Below are positions 29,972 to 39,821 of a stretch of DNA of 64,000 nucleotides, in pieces (the first letter of the stretch is position 1; the number at the start of each line of letters is the position of its first letter). The notes beneath the pieces are model-generated. The model did no database searches. It was given only the letters and a program-made list of their open reading frames with translations, and was not told where the DNA came from. Source of the stretch: a virus. The stretch is from the IMG/VR virus record IMGVR_UViG_3300030116_007024, positions 1 through 64,000 of that record; one strand, written 5' to 3'. Both the position numbers and the translations under genes were made by a program.

Positions 29972-31361
29972 TACATTTTGTGCCTTACCTTGGCTACATT
30001 TAAGTACTAGACCCGATGGTGCAATGCGAGTTTGTTGTACTGCAAATGCGTCATCTGTAGGTGCAACAAATGAGAAACTGTACGGAGGTAAGCAAGGCGA
30101 ATTACGTACAGAAGATGGCACTCCAGCAAATTTAAATAATTCTGATTTTTTGTCCTCATGGAATAATACGTATATGAAAAATGTACGTAAGCAAATGATG
30201 AACGGGCAAGAACCTCCTAGTTGTCATAAGTGTTATAAAGAAGAACGTGCAGGACATAATTCTAAACGTATGTGGGAAACACGTTATTGGGCAGACTATG
30301 GATATACAAAAGAAAAGTTAATAGCAGAAACAAGTGTTGACGGAGAAATAGAACCTAAAGTACGTTATATTGATTTACGTTTAGGTACTAAGTGCCAATT
30401 GGCTTGTGTTATGTGTTCACCACACGATTCAAGTGGATGGGTTAAAGAATGGATAGACATACATAACGAATGGACACTACCTGAATTAAAAGAAATTAAT
30501 CAATGGCACGGTGGCGGTAAAGACGAATGGGGTGCAACATATAATTGGCATAAAGATAATCCTGTATTTTGGGAGCAACTATATAGTCAAATTCCACATA
30601 TGGAACAGTTATATTTTGCAGGTGGCGAAAGCACTATTATAGACGAGCATTATGAATTACTTGACAAAGTAATAGAAATGGGTTATAATGAAAAGATAGA
30701 ATTACGATATAATAGTAATGGCATAGAACTTCCTGATCGTTTATTAGAATTATGGACAAAATTTAGAAAAGTTAGATTTCATTATTCAGTAGATGCAATA
30801 GGCAAACAAAATGATTTTATACGTTACCCTAGCGAATGGAGTCATACTGAAAAACAATTTTGGCGTTTAAATAACGACACATCAAACAACGTGGAGGTAA
30901 CTGTTGCATGTGCAGTAAATGCACTCAACATATATTACATTCCTGATTTTTTAAAATGGAAACTTGAACAAGGTTTTACAAAAATTAATATGTGGCCATT
31001 TGGGGCAGGTGGTATTAATTATCATTTTGTATATTGGCCTGCTTACCTTAATGTTAAATCACTTCCTATTGGTTTTAAAGAACAATGTGAAGCAAAGTAT
31101 GAGGAATTTTATCCTTGGTGGGAAAAAAATTGGGAGAAAGGCGTTCCGTCTTGGCATAAAGGAAAAGTAACATACGATAAATGGCGAGAAGCAAGTTACG
31201 GTATTAAACGATTACAAGGAATGATTAAGTTTATGAAATCAGAAGATTGGTCTATTCGTGTACCGCAGTTTAAACAGTATATAGATTCCTTAGCAAAACA
31301 TAGAAAAATGCCATTTAAGGAATACTTTCCGGAGATGCATAGTGCCATCGCAGATCAATGA
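29964..31361 (+). CDS. Radical SAM protein with N-terminal Twitch-like domain
   Basis: FCALPW...RVCC...CHKC; CQLACVMC; AGGES; FIRYPSEW; EYFPEM. Confidence 0.94.
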   Translation: MTDTFCALPWLHLSTRPDGAMRVCCTANASSVGATNEKLYGGKQGELRTEDGTPANLNNSDFLSSWNNTYMKNVRKQMMNGQEPPSCHKCYKEERAGHNSKRMWETRYWADYGYTKEKLIAETSVDGEIEPKVRYIDLRLGTKCQLACVMCSPHDSSGWVKEWIDIHNEWTLPELKEINQWHGGGKDEWGATYNWHKDNPVFWEQLYSQIPHMEQLYFAGGESTIIDEHYELLDKVIEMGYNEKIELRYNSNGIELPDRLLELWTKFRKVRFHYSVDAIGKQNDFIRYPSEWSHTEKQFWRLNNDTSNNVEVTVACAVNALNIYYIPDFLKWKLEQGFTKINMWPFGAGGINYHFVYWPAYLNVKSLPIGFKEQCEAKYEEFYPWWEKNWEKGVPSWHKGKVTYDKWREASYGIKRLQGMIKFMKSEDWSIRVPQFKQYIDSLAKHRKMPFKEYFPEMHSAIADQ

Positions 31362-32475
31362 AACTATATGTATATTGCCATGGGTGCATCATTATATATC
31401 ACAAAATCATGATGTGCGTCCTTGTTGTACATCATGGGATTTAACGTTAGGCAATATAACTAAAAATACTTTATCATATATTGATAAAGATATTCCGATG
31501 CAAAAACTAAGACAAAAAATGCAAGATGGTATAAAGCCTAAAACATGTTTAGAATGTTTTCAACGTGAGAAAAATGGTAATAGAAGTCCACGCCAAGAAT
31601 TTAATCATCTATATAATGAAGAGCTTGAGGATATTTTAAATAATAAACCTGTAAAGAAAAAATATCTAGAAGTAAATTTTAGTAATTTATGTAATGCTAG
31701 ATGTAAATCTTGTTCTCCATTAAACAGTACACAATGGTATGAGACTGCTAGAAAATTAAAGGATTGGGAATATTATGATGATCTAGGAAAGTTACCACAC
31801 AATGTTGATTGGGATAACATAGATATTGATTGGCAAGAATTAGATTTAATAAAAATATTAGGTGGTGAGCCGTTTTTACATCCTGATAATGAAAAAATTA
31901 TACAACGTATTTTTGATAAAGGACAGCCTGAAAAATGTAGTTTAGAAGTGTTTACTAATGCAAGCATATTTCCAGATAATAATATGATTGAAGCATTAAA
32001 AAGATTTAAACGTGTTGAAATAAATTTAAGTATTGACGGACTAAGAGAAACATACGAATATATAAGAACTGGACTAAATTTTAATGAAGTATTAGAAGTA
32101 ATTGCAAAATGGAATGAAGTAGATATACCTAATAAACGATTAGGATTTCAAATGTTAGTGCAAGTTGATAATATTTTACAAGTAGCAGAATATGATAAAT
32201 TTTTTAAAGAATTTGTAAACTATAATGGTAACACAGAAAAAAGTTACATGCATTATAATATTTTAACTAATCCAGTATGGCTTCGTCCTAGGAATGCTTC
32301 TGATAATGATAAAGCAAAAGCGATTAAATATTTAGAAGCATATATGGAAATTGATGAAGGATTACAAAAAAGAGATTATGCTAAATTCAAAACAATTATA
32401 AAAGAATTACAACAACCTGCAGAAGATAGATATAAATTAGAACAATTTAATAAAGTATTCCATGGAACATCCTAA
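31342..32475 (+). CDS. Radical SAM protein with N-terminal Twitch-like domain
   Basis: ICILPW...RPCC...CLEC; CNARCKSC; LGGEP; SIDG...EYIR. Confidence 0.94.
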   Translation: MPSQINETICILPWVHHYISQNHDVRPCCTSWDLTLGNITKNTLSYIDKDIPMQKLRQKMQDGIKPKTCLECFQREKNGNRSPRQEFNHLYNEELEDILNNKPVKKKYLEVNFSNLCNARCKSCSPLNSTQWYETARKLKDWEYYDDLGKLPHNVDWDNIDIDWQELDLIKILGGEPFLHPDNEKIIQRIFDKGQPEKCSLEVFTNASIFPDNNMIEALKRFKRVEINLSIDGLRETYEYIRTGLNFNEVLEVIAKWNEVDIPNKRLGFQMLVQVDNILQVAEYDKFFKEFVNYNGNTEKSYMHYNILTNPVWLRPRNASDNDKAKAIKYLEAYMEIDEGLQKRDYAKFKTIIKELQQPAEDRYKLEQFNKVFHGTS

Positions 32476-33772
32476 ACCAGAAGATGGCAATATAGTAGCA
32501 AAACATTTTTGTGCATTGCCGTTTACACAATTTAGTACATTTAATCATGGACGACATAGACTATGTTGTATGGCACAAGAGCCCGAAGTTGATAACCCTA
32601 CAGATGATTTAGAAACTGTATGGAATGGCGATTATATGAAAAATGTACGTAAACGAATGCATGCCGGAGAAGCATTAAAAGAATGTAGGGATTGTTATGA
32701 TTTAGAACGTCAAGGCATAATGAGCGATAGGCAATGGGAAAATATCCAAAATAAGGATATAGTTGAAAAGGAAATTGCAACATGGGAACAAAACAATTAC
32801 AATATAGAGGCACCGATAATATACGATTTGCGTTTAGGCAACAGGTGCAATCTTCAATGCTCTATGTGCAGTGGCATACACAGCCACTTGGTACATGTAG
32901 AACGTTCAAAAATGGTAGCCCAAGGTAAAAACTTTTTTAGCGGACATCGTCCTTATGTATATGGCGAAGCATTAACTGGACAAACATATTCTAAAAAAGA
33001 TGCATTATTAGCAAGTTCAGTTGACTGGAGTTACATATTAAACAATACTGCTAATGTAAAACAAATAAAAATTATAGGCGGCGAACCTACTATTAGCGAA
33101 GATTTGTTTGAGTTAATGGACGCCTGTGTAGAACGTAATCATGCAAAAAATATTGAGTTACAATTTTTTACTAATGCCACAAACTTTACAGATACGTTTT
33201 TAGATAACTTAACAAAGTTTAAAGGTACTAAAATTACAACAAGTATAGATGGCTGGGGCGAAATGAATGATTATATTCGTTATCCTAGTAAGTGGGATCA
33301 TATATGGGAAAATTTTACTAAGTTAGTTGATGTAAGTAAAGAACATAAAAAAGTTAAAGTACGACTTAGTACTGTATCACAAATTACTAATATATGGCAT
33401 TTAAAAAAGTTTTACAAAAATTTATTTGAGTTCCAAGAAAGTACACCAGTAAGAATAGGTTTAAGTTCTAATCAATTAGTAGATCCAGATTATTATAATG
33501 TTAGATATGCTCCGCTGTTTATGAAAACGCTTGCAAGATCGGCATTAACAGAATTTTTAAATGATATTAAAAGTTCTTACTGGTATAATGAAACGTTTAA
33601 GGAACCTGTAGAAGATATTATTAAATGGATGGAGCCGGAAAATCATATTGAAAACGACGAAGTATTAAAAAAATATATCCATGTTACACAGGATTATGAT
33701 ACGTTTCGTAAAGTAGATATAAGAGAAGTATCACCTGCATTTGATTATATTAAATCATATTGCGGCTTGTAA
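32462..33772 (+). CDS. Radical SAM protein with N-terminal Twitch-like domain
   Basis: FCALPF...RLCC...CRDC; CNLQCSMC; IGGEP; YIRYPSKW. Confidence 0.94.
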   Translation: MEHPKPEDGNIVAKHFCALPFTQFSTFNHGRHRLCCMAQEPEVDNPTDDLETVWNGDYMKNVRKRMHAGEALKECRDCYDLERQGIMSDRQWENIQNKDIVEKEIATWEQNNYNIEAPIIYDLRLGNRCNLQCSMCSGIHSHLVHVERSKMVAQGKNFFSGHRPYVYGEALTGQTYSKKDALLASSVDWSYILNNTANVKQIKIIGGEPTISEDLFELMDACVERNHAKNIELQFFTNATNFTDTFLDNLTKFKGTKITTSIDGWGEMNDYIRYPSKWDHIWENFTKLVDVSKEHKKVKVRLSTVSQITNIWHLKKFYKNLFEFQESTPVRIGLSSNQLVDPDYYNVRYAPLFMKTLARSALTEFLNDIKSSYWYNETFKEPVEDIIKWMEPENHIENDEVLKKYIHVTQDYDTFRKVDIREVSPAFDYIKSYCGL

Positions 33773-34582
33773 TTTACTAACAAGTTCAGGTAATGTATTA
33801 CTAGTAGATTTCATTGTTTTTACATCAATATCATTTTCCCACATTTGACATTTTTCGCCCCACACAACAGAATGATTCATTACATTAGAATTAAATATCC
33901 AAATAGATTTAGGTGGAAATGTTACAAATGTTACTGGTAAACCAGCATAGTCATTTTCTCCGTTCCATATTACTTCGTTTCTTAATTCAAAAATAAAATC
34001 GTGTATGTTCATATCTTTATATCTTGTTTTATCTGCAACACGATCGAATAAAAGATTAATATGTTCACCTATTGCAAGTGTTCTAGGTTTATAACTAAGA
34101 TTAATTGACATTCGTAATTGATGTTCTGTGCCAGTATGATCACCATCAAGTAAATCTAAATGTTGCCTATTATATACAAGTGTATTATATCGATGACTTA
34201 AACATTCCATATCACCTTTATAATTAGGAAATAATTGTTTTTGAAACTCAATCCATGCTTGATGAGTACGCCTGTGCATTTTACGAAAAACATTTGTATC
34301 GTTTTCATCTAAATCTAAATCACGAAATAATCTATGACGTTCGGACCAATCTTCCTTTAATACTTCACGTGGAAACATTGGCGGTTCCCATCTGTTATTT
34401 TTAGTAGTATATGTAGGAATTTTATCCATCCAATAGTCGTAAGGAAAATCAGGAATGTTAACGCCATCTAAAACTATAAAATCATTACGTTCAAAAGGCT
34501 CAGTTAAGTCTTTTACTTCGTTAACTGTAATAATATTAAAGCCTCGATACTCCGGGGCAACTGCTAGTAATGTATTTTTCAT
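33755..34582 (-). CDS. Kdo-hydroxylase (KdoO)-like Fe(II)/2OG dioxygenase
   Basis: HxD (QHLD) followed by QLRMSINLSYKPR, then VTFPPKSIWIFNS..MNHSVVWG. This matches the KdoO layout as I recall it (LHVD...LRVFxN...PR...FPxGxxW...HA..G). Confidence 0.6.
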   Translation of the reverse strand: MKNTLLAVAPEYRGFNIITVNEVKDLTEPFERNDFIVLDGVNIPDFPYDYWMDKIPTYTTKNNRWEPPMFPREVLKEDWSERHRLFRDLDLDENDTNVFRKMHRRTHQAWIEFQKQLFPNYKGDMECLSHRYNTLVYNRQHLDLLDGDHTGTEHQLRMSINLSYKPRTLAIGEHINLLFDRVADKTRYKDMNIHDFIFELRNEVIWNGENDYAGLPVTFVTFPPKSIWIFNSNVMNHSVVWGEKCQMWENDIDVKTMKSTSNTLPELVSKLQAAI

Positions 34583-34586
34583 GATG

Positions 34587-34615
34587 ATAAATATTTGTGG
34601 TTCAACTCTATTTAT
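34587..34615. promoter_or_regulatory. Pair of opposed late-promoter-like ATAAATA boxes serving divergent genes
   Basis: ATAAATA on + at 34587-34593 and on - at 34609-34615, each about 30 nt upstream of an ATG in a 42-nt gap. Confidence 0.55.
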
Positions 34616-34624
34616 TAATCAATT

Positions 34625-35443
34625 ATGAAAGAATATTTTAAAGACGACAAACTTACTGTCGCCTGTGTTGGTACTCAGCATACATATGGCATGAGTTACC
34701 CAGACGGAGAGTACCCTTATGAAAAAACGTGGCCTGGTAAACTAGCAGAAAAGACAGGGTATAATGTTTTAAACTTTGGTGTTACAGGTTCGAGTATTAC
34801 TCCGTTTGGTGAACGTATACTAAGAATTCAAGATATGTATAGACCAGATGTATGGATACTAGAAATACCTATGGGCGAAAAAGTAACAATAGGATACGAA
34901 GAGCCTGATGAAATAGAGAAAGATAGTCAGTTATTCACACATACACGAGTACAAGGTCCAGATTGGGAATTAGGATCTAATAGTAAAGATTGTAGAATTA
35001 ATTTTGGGCGGGGCGAATTAGAAAGCCAAGAAGATATACAATATCTTCAAGAAGAAAAGTTTAATTTAATTACTAGTAAATGGAAATCAATAACACAAGA
35101 AGATTTGATGGGCTGGGCAAAAATATTTGCATGGCAAGTAGATAGGAATATGCATCATATAAGATACACACAAGAAGTATTCTGTATACAATGTATAATG
35201 GAATCTTTTGATAAACCATTTATGATGTTTCAATGGAATTGGAACATGTTTAAATCTCCATTTGTAGAATTATTAAATAAAGAATATTGGTTAGACAAAT
35301 CATATTCTGGTAATTTAAAACGAACACTAAAAAAAAGTAGGCCTGATTTTTGGGCAGATAGTCAACATCTAAACGAAAAGGGCATGGACTATATAGCAAC
35401 GCAAATTTATGACGATCTTGACAGAATTATGGCAAAAAAATAA
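34625..35443 (+). CDS. SGNH-fold protein with a non-canonical block I (GTQHTYG)
   Basis: CVGTQHTYG, TWPGKL, NFGVTGSS, DSQHLNEKG (DxxH). Confidence 0.75.
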   Translation: MKEYFKDDKLTVACVGTQHTYGMSYPDGEYPYEKTWPGKLAEKTGYNVLNFGVTGSSITPFGERILRIQDMYRPDVWILEIPMGEKVTIGYEEPDEIEKDSQLFTHTRVQGPDWELGSNSKDCRINFGRGELESQEDIQYLQEEKFNLITSKWKSITQEDLMGWAKIFAWQVDRNMHHIRYTQEVFCIQCIMESFDKPFMMFQWNWNMFKSPFVELLNKEYWLDKSYSGNLKRTLKKSRPDFWADSQHLNEKGMDYIATQIYDDLDRIMAKK

Positions 35444-36008
35444 AGTATACACAGAACCATTTAAACATGTAATTATTAATAATATTTTTCCCGAAGACAT
35501 TTTAAATGACATTTTAAAAAACTTGCCTAACCATAAGTTAGAACCAGTTATGTCGCACTACCCGTATGGCAAAGTATATGCTATGGGTGCAGATGATTGT
35601 GTTAGTAATAAATTTTGGTCAAATGTACACAGGTTTTTTAATAGTACTGATGTATTAGAATTTGTTGAAGATAAGTTTAATTTAGATTTTAAACTTAAAG
35701 AAGCAAATTTAAGTATACACTATGATTATGAAGGAGAACAATTAGGCCCTCATATTGATCAGTTATACACTTTAATAATTTTTTTAGATAAAATTAACAA
35801 TCCACAAGAATCCGGAACTGAATACTACATAAGACAACCCAGTAATTATGCAGATAATAAAATTGCTAAGTGGAGTAATTTTTCAGTGTTTAAAACAATA
35901 CCTGCAATTCAAAATACTGGACATTTATTTGCACCATCAGAAAATTCATGGCACGGATTTTATAATTTAAATGAAACAAGATCATGCTTAGTAATGAGGT
36001 TTAAATGA
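35409..36008 (+). CDS. Fe(II)/2-oxoglutarate dioxygenase
   Basis: EPFKHVIINNIF, PHID, SWHGF, TRSC. Confidence 0.85.
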   Translation: MTILTELWQKNKVYTEPFKHVIINNIFPEDILNDILKNLPNHKLEPVMSHYPYGKVYAMGADDCVSNKFWSNVHRFFNSTDVLEFVEDKFNLDFKLKEANLSIHYDYEGEQLGPHIDQLYTLIIFLDKINNPQESGTEYYIRQPSNYADNKIAKWSNFSVFKTIPAIQNTGHLFAPSENSWHGFYNLNETRSCLVMRFK

Positions 36009-37054
36009 AAACAAATTGTTACACAGAATGGAGTAAATTGCGTGAAGTTTTTGTAGGATCTACATATCCTGCAGATGCCTTTGATTACCATAAAGACCCT
36101 GAGTTTCGTGATAATATGAAACGTATATTAACCGAAACGCAAGAAGATTTAGATGCGTTAGCAGAAATGCTATCAAAAGAGTTTGATGTTACAGTACATA
36201 GGCCTGATACTACTCTTTTTAAAGTAGGACAAGAACACACTAATGGACATTTTAATTTTTCTTATCCTAATCATCCATTAATGCCTAGAGATACTGTTGG
36301 TGCATTTGGCGATACAATAGTGCAAACATATACAAATACAGATAGTAGATATTTTGAAAATAATTGTTGGTACAGTCATTGTAAAAATTATTTCGATCAA
36401 GGTAGCAAATGGATTAGTTTACCTGCACCACATATAATACCTGGAAAGCAATATAAAGAGGAAGGTGTTGCTCACCAAGTATTTCAGCATACTGCTAATT
36501 TTATTAAGTGTGGTACTGATATATTTTATAGTTTACCAGGCGATATTGATGTTAATAAAGGTAAAGGTACGTCAGCAGGTTTATTCTGGTTTCAACGACA
36601 TTTATCTAACTTTGAATTTACTGCGGTAAATGTTGGCGGGCATGTTGATGGAAAAATTGCTTTATTACGTCCAGGTTTATTAATGACATGGAATAAAAAT
36701 TGGGTACCTGAAAAGTTACAATCGTGGGAAATAATTGAAATAGAAGATAATTCAGATTTTCCTGAAGATTTTGTTAAAACAAAAAAGAAACGTTACTACG
36801 GAGACTATGTTAAAAAGTATCTTACTAATTGGATAGGATTTGCAGATGAATCTGTATTTGATGTAAATGTTTTAAGTGTAGACGAGCAACGTGTAATTGT
36901 TACAGGCAACGATCCTAAGATATTAAGGCAATTAGAAAGTTACGGACTTACACCTATATATTGGAAATTTAGACATCAATATTTTTGGGATGGTGGCATA
37001 CATTGTGTTACTGCTGATATGGTACGAGATGGAGAACCGGAAACATATTGCTAA
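36005..37054 (+). CDS. Amidinotransferase (glycine/inosamine-phosphate amidinotransferase family)
   Basis: TEWSKLREVFVG, MPRD, GHVDGKIALLRPG, DVNVLSVD, GGIHCVT (Asp-His-Cys triad). Confidence 0.92.
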   Translation: MKTNCYTEWSKLREVFVGSTYPADAFDYHKDPEFRDNMKRILTETQEDLDALAEMLSKEFDVTVHRPDTTLFKVGQEHTNGHFNFSYPNHPLMPRDTVGAFGDTIVQTYTNTDSRYFENNCWYSHCKNYFDQGSKWISLPAPHIIPGKQYKEEGVAHQVFQHTANFIKCGTDIFYSLPGDIDVNKGKGTSAGLFWFQRHLSNFEFTAVNVGGHVDGKIALLRPGLLMTWNKNWVPEKLQSWEIIEIEDNSDFPEDFVKTKKKRYYGDYVKKYLTNWIGFADESVFDVNVLSVDEQRVIVTGNDPKILRQLESYGLTPIYWKFRHQYFWDGGIHCVTADMVRDGEPETYC

Positions 37055-37712
37055 AGAAACTATATTAATTTTAGGACCACAAGGAATTGGCAATGAATGT
37101 ATGGCCAACATGCTTGATGCACATCCTGAATTACATGTTCCGGGTAGAGCAGGAGGACAATCTGAAACAGGCAAGTTTCATTTTGGTTACGGATATGAAA
37201 TAGGCGAAGTTAATTTACGATGGGAACCTCCAAGACTTCCAGCTGGCGAACATGCAAGACAAGTGCAACATGAAGTAGACATGGCTAGCCAACAAATTAT
37301 ACATAGAACTTCAGATCCACCATTAATTATAGGAAGCCATCAGTTTTGGCCTTATACCGCAGATATTTTTACAAACTTAAAAATTATTGTTATAATGCCT
37401 AGGTATTCATCAACAAACGAAAAACATTTACTAGAAAATTACATAGCAAAAAATTATGAAAGAGATAAAGACATATTAAGTGTACAAGGATTAATAACAG
37501 GATTTAGTCCATTTATGAATGGAATTAGAAAATTCTATGAAGATGCTTTACCGTTTTTACATTGTTATGATACTTGCATTGTAATGTTTGAAGATATTTT
37601 TTTAGGGCGACATTATTACGAATACAAGGCAATAGCTAACTTTTTAAACCTAGAAGAACGCCCGGACATATATTTTAAATATCACAAGTTGTTTACAAAT
37701 TATGGAGAATAA
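37029..37712 (+). CDS. P-loop/sulfotransferase-like hypothetical protein
   Basis: LILGPQGIGNECMANMLDAHPEL, IVMFEDIF, IANFLNL. Start moved to ATG 37029. Confidence 0.55.
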   Translation: MENRKHIAKETILILGPQGIGNECMANMLDAHPELHVPGRAGGQSETGKFHFGYGYEIGEVNLRWEPPRLPAGEHARQVQHEVDMASQQIIHRTSDPPLIIGSHQFWPYTADIFTNLKIIVIMPRYSSTNEKHLLENYIAKNYERDKDILSVQGLITGFSPFMNGIRKFYEDALPFLHCYDTCIVMFEDIFLGRHYYEYKAIANFLNLEERPDIYFKYHKLFTNYGE

Positions 37713-38910
37713 ACAATTTTATCATAACGAATCAATACCTTTATGTCTTGCTCCGTGGCATGCTCTAACTGTTAATTGGAACGGAAATATAAAGCCTGAT
37801 GTACATGCTAAAATGGTATTGGGCAATATTAAAGAAGATTCATTAGATGATATTTACAAGTCTAAAAAGTTTATTGATTTAACTAATAAGATGAAGCAAC
37901 GTGAGTGGCCCGAAGGCTGCCAGAGATGCAAAGATAAAGAAAGTATTAGTGGCAGAAGTAGACGTACATATTTTTGGGATACATTACCGTTAGACTTGCG
38001 AACAAACATATCATTTAAAAATAAGTTATCATATTTAGATATTAACACAAGCAATAAATGTAATTTAAAATGCATACATTGTAATGGCGAAGTCAGCACA
38101 AGTTGGATTAAGGATGAAAAAAAGTTAAACAGAGAACATGTACACCAAAAAGAAGTACGTTATCAAAAGTTAACAGAAGAAGATATTGATAGGTTATTTA
38201 ATTGTGATGCAATTAAAGGAATAGATACTATTGCATTACGTGGAGGAGAACCATTAGATGAGCCCAACAACATTTACATTATACAAAAGTTAGAGCAACT
38301 AGGTATTATAGGAAATGTAGTTTTAGATATATCTACTAATTTAACTATATTAAATGATAAAATACTTAATCTGTTTAGCAAGTTTAAACGTGTATTAATG
38401 TATGTTAGTTTAGAAGGTGTACACGAACGTTATGAGTATATACGTGGAGGTAAAAATTTTACATTTGCTGATTTAGAAAATAACATAAAAATAATTAAAC
38501 AACTTAATAATGTAGAAATTTGTTATGCAGTTACATTAATGAATTTGAACATTACTACTATACCCGAAATACATGAGTGGCTTACTACACAAGATTTATC
38601 ACGTTCATTAGTAAGTTTTTCTAATGTAGTTGCAAGACCAGAATATTTAAGGGCAGATATTTTACCAAATAACTTAAAAAAACAAACATTAGAAAAAATA
38701 CAAAATATACCTAAGGAATTAACGTGGCCTAAGGATAGTATTGATATTGGAGCAGGTGGATTATACGATACGGGCATGTCCGACATTATAAATATTTTAA
38801 ACAAAGATTCCGAAAACCCACCTTTGTTAAAACAGTTAACACAATATTTAAATAGTTTGGACAAATTACGTAATACAAACTGGAAACAAACATTCCCGGA
38901 GTTTACATGA
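37702..38910 (+). CDS. Radical SAM protein with a variant N-terminal Twitch-like domain
   Basis: CLAPW...KPDVH (CC replaced)...CQRC; CNLKCIHC; RGGEP; DKLRNTNWKQTFPEF. Confidence 0.94.
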   Translation: MENKQFYHNESIPLCLAPWHALTVNWNGNIKPDVHAKMVLGNIKEDSLDDIYKSKKFIDLTNKMKQREWPEGCQRCKDKESISGRSRRTYFWDTLPLDLRTNISFKNKLSYLDINTSNKCNLKCIHCNGEVSTSWIKDEKKLNREHVHQKEVRYQKLTEEDIDRLFNCDAIKGIDTIALRGGEPLDEPNNIYIIQKLEQLGIIGNVVLDISTNLTILNDKILNLFSKFKRVLMYVSLEGVHERYEYIRGGKNFTFADLENNIKIIKQLNNVEICYAVTLMNLNITTIPEIHEWLTTQDLSRSLVSFSNVVARPEYLRADILPNNLKKQTLEKIQNIPKELTWPKDSIDIGAGGLYDTGMSDIINILNKDSENPPLLKQLTQYLNSLDKLRNTNWKQTFPEFT

Positions 38911-39821
38911 AAACTAAAACAGGTGATCCTCAATTTAAATTTGAAAAAGGCGGAAATAGTGTATGGCATAATCCGTTTATGGAATTTATTGAAAAGGAAG
39001 AAATTTTACAAAAGTACCTCGATGGATTTCCAATGATTCAAGACGAATTCTTAGAATTATATCCTGAATGGATTAATACAAGTAAAAAGAATTCAGTCGT
39101 AGGAATGAATAATTTTAAGTATAAAGCAATTAGTGTAGGTTGCACACAAGCATTAGATTGGTTTCATTTATATGCGGCACAAAATGGTCTTATATTAAAA
39201 TTATTTAGAGGCGAATATCCATATAATAGAGATATCGGATTATTTAATTATCAAAAACAAATGATTAATGAATATGAAGAATTAAAAGAAGGCGATGCAC
39301 TTATATTAAGTTATCCATTTAGTGGTCATGGTAATAAACATGAACAATATGAATATGTAATGGAACATTGTACTAATTTAAACATTCCTGTATTAATAGA
39401 TTGTGCATGGTTAGGTAGTGCAAAGGATATGCATATTATGTTAGATTATGATTGCATATACGGTGTTGCATTTAGTTTGAGTAAATCATTAAGTTGCGGT
39501 AATTGGCGATCTGGTATGTTTTTAACAAATGACGAAAGATGTAGTATGGTATTATGTACAGAATGGAATCACCAAGTACATTTGAATACATGGATATGTT
39601 ATAATTTAATACAAAATTTTGGACCTGATTCATTGCAAGAAACATTTAATAAGTATCAACAAAAAGTTTGTAGAGATTATAAATTAATACCAACTAATAC
39701 TGTACACATTTGTTTATCATACGATGAAAAGTGGAAAGACTATCATAGAGATTTTAGTAAGTATTACAGAATTAATATTAGAAAGCCATTAAAACTTTAC
39801 AGAAAGCAAAAGATTGAATGA
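38907..39821 (+). CDS. PLP-dependent (fold I) aminotransferase-like protein
   Basis: GCTQALD, FRGEY, PVLIDCAW, FSLSKSL (PLP Lys), WRSG. Confidence 0.78.
   Translation: MKTKTGDPQFKFEKGGNSVWHNPFMEFIEKEEILQKYLDGFPMIQDEFLELYPEWINTSKKNSVVGMNNFKYKAISVGCTQALDWFHLYAAQNGLILKLFRGEYPYNRDIGLFNYQKQMINEYEELKEGDALILSYPFSGHGNKHEQYEYVMEHCTNLNIPVLIDCAWLGSAKDMHIMLDYDCIYGVAFSLSKSLSCGNWRSGMFLTNDERCSMVLCTEWNHQVHLNTWICYNLIQNFGPDSLQETFNKYQQKVCRDYKLIPTNTVHICLSYDEKWKDYHRDFSKYYRINIRKPLKLYRKQKIE

Noticed and set aside
9000-37054. Resemblance to the saxitoxin gene set (amidinotransferase, carbamoyltransferase with small partner, sulfotransferases, GDSL, SDR, 2OG oxygenase)
   Set aside because: There is no SxtA-like PKS, cytidine-deaminase-like SxtB or Rieske oxygenase. 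The shared families are generic tailoring enzymes.
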